This document shows, in pieces, positions 46,560 through 53,713 of a DNA stretch of 53,713 nt (positions are counted from its first letter, which is position 1; every line of letters starts with the position of its first letter). This DNA comes from a virus (taxonomy: Duplodnaviria > Caudoviricetes): positions 1-53,713 of the IMG/VR virus record IMGVR_UViG_3300038393_000835, one strand, 5' to 3'. The translations under genes were made by a program, and so were the position numbers. The notes below the pieces were generated by a model. That model was not told the DNA's origin and did not search any database. It worked only from the letters and a program-made list of their open reading frames with translations.

Positions 46560-46571
46560 AGGACTCTTTTC
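46545..46571. terminator. Bidirectional terminator
   Basis: AAAAGAGTCC-TGTAAA-GGACTCTTTT. Confidence 0.8.
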
Positions 46572-46671
46572 ACGTTCTCCATCAGCCGACCAAGGATCTG
46601 AGGGGAGAAACAAAGGTTATATTTATAATACGGTATCCCTAGTTTTGAATCAAAGGTAAGTGTTTCCTGCC

Positions 46672-47684
46672 TCAGCGAACGCCACAAGCTCCGTTAGCAC
46701 AATTCGGGTCTTCAATATCCTCATCAATATCTTCAGGATTCTCTAATCGGTTCAACACATTCATATCAAACGGAGCCATAGCAGCCTTTAATTCTTCGAA
46801 TTTCTCTTTCGTAATTGCCTCAAGTGGTGCGAGCTGATAGCTATGCCCCGAATAAGCGAGAAAACTAACGGCTGTGAAATCATCCCACTTACTGTAAACA
46901 ATTTCCTCAGCTTTCGCCCATTCCCCATCTTTAATGTCAATGGTATTAGAAGAGTTGTGACGGGTATAGTATTTTTGGAAATCAAAATAGGTTCTGAACT
47001 GTTCTTCAACATTCGAATCCTCCTTACTACGTTTAGCACCACTAGCAATTGGGAATTCTATAACTAGGGTACGTGCATTCGCTAGTTGTTCCTCTCTAGT
47101 TGCCCCCGGAGTCCCAACTTCAGGATGCACCAACCACCCTAGTTCTTGAACGGTTTTTGCTAACGGGTCCATCGCATTGATGCGAATTCTACGGATGTAG
47201 TAAGGTGAATGCGACAAATGCAAGCCAGACGACACAGGTGATTTCGTTATTGGATTTACCGCAACTAGGGATAAGGTTCCTTCCGGCTTTACGGTTGTAT
47301 CCAATAAAGGTTTACTAATGCGTAATTCTGAAGAGTATCGTTCCACTTCTTCTTTTACAGCTAGGGATAGCATACGAAGTAGGTCACGTTCAGCCTCTAG
47401 ATCATATCCAAGAATCGCAATCGCATCTTTCCAACCGGTTACGGATGTTCCAATCAGACGATCCGTGGATTGAACCTTTGCCCAGCCTTTCGGATCTTTA
47501 CTCCACGGCATACTCTCTAGTTCTACCAAGGTCATACGCATTCCAGCTCGAGCAGAAAGCTTCTGAGCATTGATCAATCCTGCGATATTCAACACATACT
47601 TCCCAGCTACTTCATGAATAAAGGCCGTTACGTTAATAGTTGTTAGGTTACAAACGCCTCGAGAACGAAGATCGATTTCGGCAC
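46672..47684 (-). CDS. nrdJ: Class II (B12-dependent) ribonucleotide reductase, exon 2
   Basis: After splicing reads CAEIDLRSRGVCNLTT; TTVKPEGTLS; C-terminal CANGACGVR. Confidence 0.9.
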
Positions 47685-48569
47685 CACTTATGTTACGAAC
47701 TAGCCGATTCCGCTAGTTCTCTCTAAGTTTCCCTAGAGGTCAGACTATATCACGTACAGGATTCCATTTGTATAAGAAACTTTCTACAGGACATTCAGGA
47801 AGTTTTTTATAAAATTTATCAAACATACTTTGTTTGATAGCAATTCTATTTCTATCCGCAACCCTAGTCTCAATATCGTACCAATTAAACAACATGAGTT
47901 GCAATTCCTGAATTTCCGTAGCGTTATATCTGTCAGTACAAAACATTATTCTCACAGGTTTACCTTTCAGGTTTACTACATATCCATCTCCGATAAACCA
48001 TTGAAGCATAGCGTTAGGTGTTAAAACAAAATCATTAGGAATAGCTTTTCTTCTTTTACCTTCCTCATCGTATTCATACCATATTTGCTCTAGTTCTCTA
48101 AAAGCTGGGTAGAATTTAGTTTCGATCATATAAGATTCCTTTGAACCAGGAAAGCTTCCTCTATAGGCTTCTTGAATTTTAAACTCAATACCTTCAGCCT
48201 CAAATAACTTCCCTAGATATTCAATGTAATCTAGATTCATGTTCTTAACTTGTAACGATGCGGAATGTTTACTTTTCCTATTGTTTGTTAAATGACCATC
48301 GCCTAACATTAGACCTTCAAAATGTGAGACAAAGCTTCTTGACAGATTAAGTTCCTTAAAGAAATGAGCCATTCTGTACCCTCCCGTTTCGAACTCTCTT
48401 GAGTCCTACTCTACTTCCTTCTATTGTAGCATTCTATTAGTATCTCCACAATAGGGTTTCGATAGTCGTTGAACCTTCCGATTTCTCGGCTTGGCTGCTG
48501 ATTGTCCTCGGCTTTACGTTAGGAGTTTCCAGCAATTAAGGAGGTTTTACATCCGCTATGCTACTTTTA
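47685..48569 (-). mobile_element. Group I (IA-type) self-splicing intron in nrdJ
   Basis: Exon AUCCGU pairs with IGS GCGGAU; P AAUUGCUGGAAACUCC, Q AAUCAGCAGCC, R UCAACGACUA, S GAUAUAGUCUG; terminal G at 47685; removal restores NP-C-AEI. Confidence 0.93.
47740..48372 (-). CDS. Intron-encoded LAGLIDADG homing endonuclease
   Basis: FEGLMLGDGH and QWFIGDG; lies between R and S, and its stop overlaps S. Confidence 0.92.
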   Translation of the reverse strand: MAHFFKELNLSRSFVSHFEGLMLGDGHLTNNRKSKHSASLQVKNMNLDYIEYLGKLFEAEGIEFKIQEAYRGSFPGSKESYMIETKFYPAFRELEQIWYEYDEEGKRRKAIPNDFVLTPNAMLQWFIGDGYVVNLKGKPVRIMFCTDRYNATEIQELQLMLFNWYDIETRVADRNRIAIKQSMFDKFYKKLPECPVESFLYKWNPVRDIV

Positions 48570-49905
48570 ACGGATTCATAAAGATTTGTTCCATCATATC
48601 TTCAATCATCGCTTCGGTTGGGTTATCAATTCCCATCCCTTTCAATCTGCGAACCGCTAATTCTCTAAGGTTTACAAAGCCCGGTTCACCCTCACGTTGC
48701 ATCATTTCGAACACAAGATTCAGGACTCCCCTAGTCGGCTTCTTTGTAAAAGCAATTGAATTATTTGACATTCTGCGATGGTGCAGCGGTCTAGCATTCG
48801 GGTCCATTAGGGTAAGACTCTCTAGTTTAGCAGCCCACTCCGTATTACCCATTTCGTATAACTTACGAATAACTTTGTCGTGTCCCTCTTGGTCCCAAAT
48901 TCCGTTAACGCCATACTTCGCAAATACACACTCCCAATCGACTTCAGGATCGTCACCAATACCGAAAATTTCGGCAGTTCTGCGAACTCCTCCCACAACT
49001 ACATTATAGCCAATACAATTTCCCATATCTAAAACATGGATCGGTCTTAGCTGTACATAACCTGGAGCCACTTCAACCGGATCGTCTAGGAATGTGTCCA
49101 CTTTGTTTTTAATAATACTTTCAAACGACTGGAACATCTCAATCATCGGTTCGGCCCCTGAAGCGGTTCCACCGAAGGTCTTTAATCGCTCCCCATTTTT
49201 GCGTACATAATCATAGTTGATCTTCAGCACATTTACATCTGCGTACTCTTCCTGGATATGAACATCTAGGAAATATTTAAGGGCTGTTACCCATCCTTCC
49301 TTCGAATCGCCTACGTAGATCGTTACGGTATCCCCGTTTCGTACTATTGACGAGTCTGCTACTTTGATGGTAGGGTATAGGGAGTTGTAAGGGTCATGCT
49401 TAATTAACAAATTATTGCGAACAGGCTCTAGCTTTGCAGCCATTTTCGGAGTACATTTGAAGCCGACACCTACGCCTACAAGCAAGTTATAGAATAACTC
49501 AGTAAGATTATAGAGCGAGTCAATTCCAACATAAGAACAGTTAAAGTTAGCCATTGGATACTTTTCAGCCACACTATTGTCAGCCCCACCCACCCAAAGG
49601 GTTCTTCCTGATAAGAACTGGCGAAGATTAAACATTTGGTCAAACAAATATTCTGCTTCCGTTCTCAGTCTTGCAAGAATATCTACAGACAAGTCACCAT
49701 ATAATTCTACTAAGTGTTTGTAAGCGAGGGAAACATTGTATTGAGCAGCCCGACATGCTGTCTCTTTCCAGGTTTCCCTTCTCTTTTTAGATGGCAAATA
49801 ACGTGAATAGGTACGCAAATAAACAAAGGTACTAATCTCCGATTGATGTTCAGGGAAATCAGGATACTTCGCTAGAAATTCCTCAGTTAATAATTGGATC
49901 GACAC
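48570..49905 (-). CDS. nrdJ: Class II ribonucleotide reductase, exon 1
   Basis: VYLRTYSR..RETW, SGRTLW, FNCS, GGTASG, GGVRRTAEI, RRMSNNS, GEPGF; GTG at 49905 after AGGAG. Confidence 0.92.
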
Positions 49906-50001
49906 GTAAATTTCTCCTCTCATAAAAAGCGTGGTAACTCTACTTATTCGACGTTGACCACGCTATTTCCTTCTGTATTTAAGAATAAATTCTGGAATCT
50001 A

Positions 50002-50340
50002 TCAAGAAACTTCTTTAATGATCGCTAGCACTTCAGACTTTGTCTTATAATCCTCTGTAAAATGCATTAGGTTATATTGTCTTGGACTTGGATTATCTGG
50101 ATCAGTAGATTGACACCCTTCTCGATTTAATTCTTTTTGAAATTTTTCGTGTGGACACCATTTCAATCCGCCCCATGAAATCCACTTTGACTTTGAACTT
50201 TCCACTTTAGTTATTTCAAGAGACTTACCTGTATTCCGCTTAGCAATCCATAAGTATTCATCTAACTGCATTTTCCAAGGTTTATAGGAGTCTCCAAATA
50301 ACATAATAGAGTCATCTGTAAAAGTAACTCTTACAATCAT
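50002..50340 (-). CDS. Hypothetical protein between nrdJ and polA
   Basis: AGGAGGTG RBS; AT-rich. Confidence 0.7.
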   Translation of the reverse strand: MIVRVTFTDDSIMLFGDSYKPWKMQLDEYLWIAKRNTGKSLEITKVESSKSKWISWGGLKWCPHEKFQKELNREGCQSTDPDNPSPRQYNLMHFTEDYKTKSEVLAIIKEVS

Positions 50341-50371
50341 GAGTACACCTCCTTTCTATTAAATGTTGAAT

Positions 50372-52519
50372 CTAATGAACCTTGCGTTTCTCAGCCCAAT
50401 TTGTTGATGTGAATTCCACTTCCGCAACGATCGGGACCATGATATCGGTTGTTGACTCCATAATCTCTTTGATCTTAGGAACTAACCAATCTTCATTTTC
50501 CGGTATTTCAAACTGTAATTCATCGTGAACGCATAGGATCATCTTCGCTTTACAATCGTTTTCTGTAAGCAGCCGATCAATTTTAATCATTACTTCTTTC
50601 AGAATATCTGCTGACGTACCTTGGATTAAATAGTTCCCAGCTTTGTAGAATTTCCGTGAATCTGAAATGTAGTATCTTCGACCACGCATATTAACCACAT
50701 AGCCCTTTCTCATGCCCTCCGATACCTTATCTTGATACAATACAACTAGAGGAAACGCATCTGTATAACCCTCTGCCATCGCTATAGCTTCTTCTAAGTC
50801 TATTTCTAAAACTTCCGCAGCCATTTTAGGACCTCCCCCGTAGTTTCTCATAAAATTGAACGTTTTACCCAACGATCTCCAGCTTTCTAGCTGTTCTTCC
50901 GTTAGCTTGCTGGCATCAATCTCTAGTTTATCTAAAGCTTTTAAGGTAGTAGCTAGGTGAACATCTGTGGCAACCCATGGGGTTCCATCTTCCATCAACC
51001 AAGCCGATACCTCCCCATTCTTTTCATTCCATCGGGATCTTCCTTCGACAGTCTTATAATCGTAGATTTCACCTGATTGAAAATGTCGGCATCCGAAAGG
51101 CATGTATGCTCGGCACAAATTTCGATCTCCTCCGAATGGGATCGTATAATGGCCTTGCACCCGCAGTTCAACTTGACTGTAATCGAGGTAATAGATTCGT
51201 CCGGTAAACGCTCGACGAGGGTGAAAGAGTTCAAATTCGGCTGGTGCTGACTTAGGACCATTTTGCTTTTCATGAGCATCCCCTTCTAGAGTTAATAGTC
51301 GCTTCTTCGGGAACTGTTGGGCATCGCCACTAAAACGTCCCGATACTGGATTGAATTGGTTCATCTGGGAATAGAATCGTCCATCGTATTCCGATACATC
51401 TAGAATGCGTTCAATGTAAGTCGCTTTCCATTTCTCAAGGGTTCTCATTTTGTTAATGATCTTCGCTAGTTCGGCCCCATCAGTTCCTTTCATCTTCTGC
51501 ATCTTCTTCAGGAACTTTTTATCCGTGGATTCCGGTTCCTCACCTAAAATTGACTCATAGATCTTTTTGATCTTGGCATGCTGCCCGACATTGAATTCCA
51601 TACCCGCTAGAAGATGCATTTGAATCGTCAGATCGTTGATATAATCCTCTAGCTTCTTATTCGATTCCACTAAGTAATCCCGATCAACGGCAATTCCGGC
51701 CCTCTCCATTTTCCATACAACGGGGATTAGGTCAAATTCACGCTTCATTACCTCTAGTTGCTGGCGATATTCCACAACGGGAAGTGACTTACGAACGAGG
51801 ATGTTAGTCAGAATCACATCGACAGCTAGATAAGGAATCATGATCTCTAGTGGTACATCTTGATAGGTTGGTTTCGGGCATTCTTCTCTCCAGTTGTTTA
51901 GAATATCGAGAACTTCTTGCGGAATCGGCTCCGTACCATTGTTCAAACCATCGGTTAAACGTTTCTTGGACCATTTCCCTTTTGAGTCTTTGAAACCATG
52001 AAGCATCGCTGTTAGGATCTTGTTGTTCTGAGCCTCTTTTGCTTTGAGCCATGCTTTCACTTCCTTCTCAAATCGTGAAGCTGTCGGGTCAATATACTTG
52101 TCGGCAATTCGCTTTAATGCAAGACTGTCGCCTCCATCCCTAGTTGATATGGCTTCAAAGGAGAGTCGGGCGAGGCCCATAGTATCTCCCCAGTTTTCAA
52201 TAGCTAACGGTATTGAATCTCCTACAATATTTGCTACCATGTGCATATCGTAAGAAGTATTATGAGCATAAATTCTTTCGACTGAAGAAGCCCAACCATA
52301 TAGCATCCCTAACATAATTTTATTAGCGGGGAAAACAAAAACCTTTCCGTCCCAACATATAGAAGCTAGGAAAGGTTTATCTTTCTTAATGTGTAGCCCA
52401 GTAGTTTCCGTATCAAACGTAATCCATTTAGGACTGTCTTGCATTAACTTCATAGATACTAATTCTACATCATCTGTATAAACCACTTCATAATCTTCTC
52501 CCGCAACGGTGAGGATCAT
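50372..52519 (-). CDS. polA: DNA polymerase I (family A) with 3'-5' exonuclease
   Basis: FDTETTG, AHNTSYD, SGRFS, LDYSQVELR, R..GKTFNF..NYG, NYLIQGTSAD, VHDEL. Confidence 0.95.
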   Translation of the reverse strand: MILTVAGEDYEVVYTDDVELVSMKLMQDSPKWITFDTETTGLHIKKDKPFLASICWDGKVFVFPANKIMLGMLYGWASSVERIYAHNTSYDMHMVANIVGDSIPLAIENWGDTMGLARLSFEAISTRDGGDSLALKRIADKYIDPTASRFEKEVKAWLKAKEAQNNKILTAMLHGFKDSKGKWSKKRLTDGLNNGTEPIPQEVLDILNNWREECPKPTYQDVPLEIMIPYLAVDVILTNILVRKSLPVVEYRQQLEVMKREFDLIPVVWKMERAGIAVDRDYLVESNKKLEDYINDLTIQMHLLAGMEFNVGQHAKIKKIYESILGEEPESTDKKFLKKMQKMKGTDGAELAKIINKMRTLEKWKATYIERILDVSEYDGRFYSQMNQFNPVSGRFSGDAQQFPKKRLLTLEGDAHEKQNGPKSAPAEFELFHPRRAFTGRIYYLDYSQVELRVQGHYTIPFGGDRNLCRAYMPFGCRHFQSGEIYDYKTVEGRSRWNEKNGEVSAWLMEDGTPWVATDVHLATTLKALDKLEIDASKLTEEQLESWRSLGKTFNFMRNYGGGPKMAAEVLEIDLEEAIAMAEGYTDAFPLVVLYQDKVSEGMRKGYVVNMRGRRYYISDSRKFYKAGNYLIQGTSADILKEVMIKIDRLLTENDCKAKMILCVHDELQFEIPENEDWLVPKIKEIMESTTDIMVPIVAEVEFTSTNWAEKRKVH

Positions 52520-53713
52520 TGTACCACTCCCTAGTTGTTATAATTTAGGTCCTTCCATTCCAAGTGGAATCATCTGTTGTTTCTGATATTCATTTCGGTA
52601 AGCTTTCAATGCTTTAGCTAATCGCTGTGTCGGCTGAAGCTTTCCTGCTGAGGCCCGAACTAGGGAATGTTGGATGAGTGTTTGCAAGACTCCTTGGAAT
52701 TGTTCCCGATCCAGCCCTGATAGCATTTGCAGATCCATAATACTCATGTTTTGACCCTTCGCTAGTTGTTGCATCAACAACCTTTGCGAATTGATAAGGC
52801 CAACCACAACGTTATTGACTTGCGGGTTCGTGTAGTTATAGACTCTTTCCTGCTCTACGAATTTAGGAAGCTGGAAAATCTCATTATCGTAACACTCTTT
52901 CAGGAACCAGGCAGCCCAATCGACATGTTCTTTTTTCACTAGGATCGATTCCCCAGTTCCATCGTGACTAAAGCAAGCTCCAGCACACGCTACAGCGATT
53001 CTTGCTAGTTTGATAAAAGCTTCTGTCCCGAATAATTTCACAGTTGAATGATACTGTTCGTTTAGTTGTTTGGTTACTTGCCATGCGTAAGGTCCCACAT
53101 TCTCATCAAACTTGACTTGATCTTTTGTTCTACTCCAGCACCAGTAAATCAAGTGACGGTAAGCAGCGTTATCCTTTTCCTCATATTCTTCTTGATCGAA
53201 TGGAGAAATGATTTGGTCTAACTCTAGATCTGGGAGAATGATAATGAAATCAAAGCGGGCGATATCTTCATCCATCGAAACCAATTCCCGAACAATATCA
53301 ATCCCATTCGCATAAGAGGCAATTGACTTTTCCGACCCATCTCTAGGGGCTGGGTTGGCAAACCAAATCATTCTTGTTTTTGCCGGAGCCCTACCGGAGC
53401 CTGAAATCTTTTCAATCTTCGCTACCATTTCAGATCGAATGGCTGTTAATTGACCTATCATCTCCGGTTTCATCCCAGACATTTCATCCATAATGAGGAG
53501 TCCCTTATGATTCTTAGGAATTATCCCCCACTTGGTACGAAACTGACCCTTACTATTCCGATCCGCACCCCCGACTAACCCGGCAACACTCGCTAGTTTG
53601 AGGTTCGTTGCGTTTCCAATTCCGTAGAATCGCTGCATGAGCATCGCAGTTTTCGATTTACCCGTACGCGATGGACCGATAACTAGAGGTTCTGGGTAGC
53701 CTTTTTCCTCTCT
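51958..53713. repeat. Terminal overlap, copy 2
   Basis: Collinear with 1..1756. Confidence 0.97.
52538..53713 (-). CDS. Primase-helicase C-terminal part, second allele, truncated by window edge
   Basis: The 368 aa shown match 581..3433 except Q to M near the C-terminus. Confidence 0.93.
   Translation of the reverse strand, partial: REEKGYPEPLVIGPSRTGKSKTAMLMQRFYGIGNATNLKLASVAGLVGGADRNSKGQFRTKWGIIPKNHKGLLIMDEMSGMKPEMIGQLTAIRSEMVAKIEKISGSGRAPAKTRMIWFANPAPRDGSEKSIASYANGIDIVRELVSMDEDIARFDFIIILPDLELDQIISPFDQEEYEEKDNAAYRHLIYWCWSRTKDQVKFDENVGPYAWQVTKQLNEQYHSTVKLFGTEAFIKLARIAVACAGACFSHDGTGESILVKKEHVDWAAWFLKECYDNEIFQLPKFVEQERVYNYTNPQVNNVVVGLINSQRLLMQQLAKGQNMSIMDLQMLSGLDREQFQGVLQTLIQHSLVRASAGKLQPTQRLAKALKAYRNEYQKQQMIPLGMEGPKL

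Noticed and set aside
48491-49009. 172-aa plus-strand ORF and other short antisense or nested ORFs in the track
   Set aside because: Shadow frames of well-supported genes, with no RBS or motifs
28328-51052. Spo0A boxes (TGTCGAA/TTCGACA)
   Set aside because: The few copies noticed are inside genes, not at promoters
50880-51160. Intein in the polA insertion between motifs A and B
   Set aside because: Too short and lacks C/S start and HN-C/S/T end signatures
1-53713. Lysogeny module (integrase, CI, ParA) or phage sigma factor
   Set aside because: No ORF with the corresponding motifs was recognised

Overview
The window holds one complete dsDNA tailed-phage genome (unit length 51,957 bp) of a spore-forming Bacillota host, probably podovirus-like. 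Bases 1-1756 reappear at 51958-53713 as a divergent second allele. Minus-strand blocks carry early genes and replication/nucleotide genes: a DnaG-type primase fused to an MCM-like helicase, DUF669 SSB, Sak4-like ATPase, PD-(D/E)XK exonuclease, SNF2 helicase, dUTPase, PolA, class II RNR split by a group I intron, RuvC-like and ThyX-like proteins. A plus-strand block carries packaging, head, short tail, ejection and lysis genes. I saw no integrase, CI-type repressor, Par system, tRNA or CRISPR array. Best candidate for an undescribed system: two cassettes oriented against their neighbours that appear to be driven by host sporulation sigma factors. One is a sigmaE/SpoIIID-type promoter ahead of small protein + membrane peptide + FtsK/SpoIIIE ATPase + Replic_Relax protein; the other is a sigmaF-type promoter ahead of a membrane-anchored DUF559 nuclease. 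Other signals are a roughly 10-fold enriched, strand-biased motif C[CTG]CTAGTT, a likely -1 frameshift fusing an ejection protein to a lytic transglycosylase, an internal start in the endolysin, and several RNA structures. All calls come from reading the sequence; no database searches were run.
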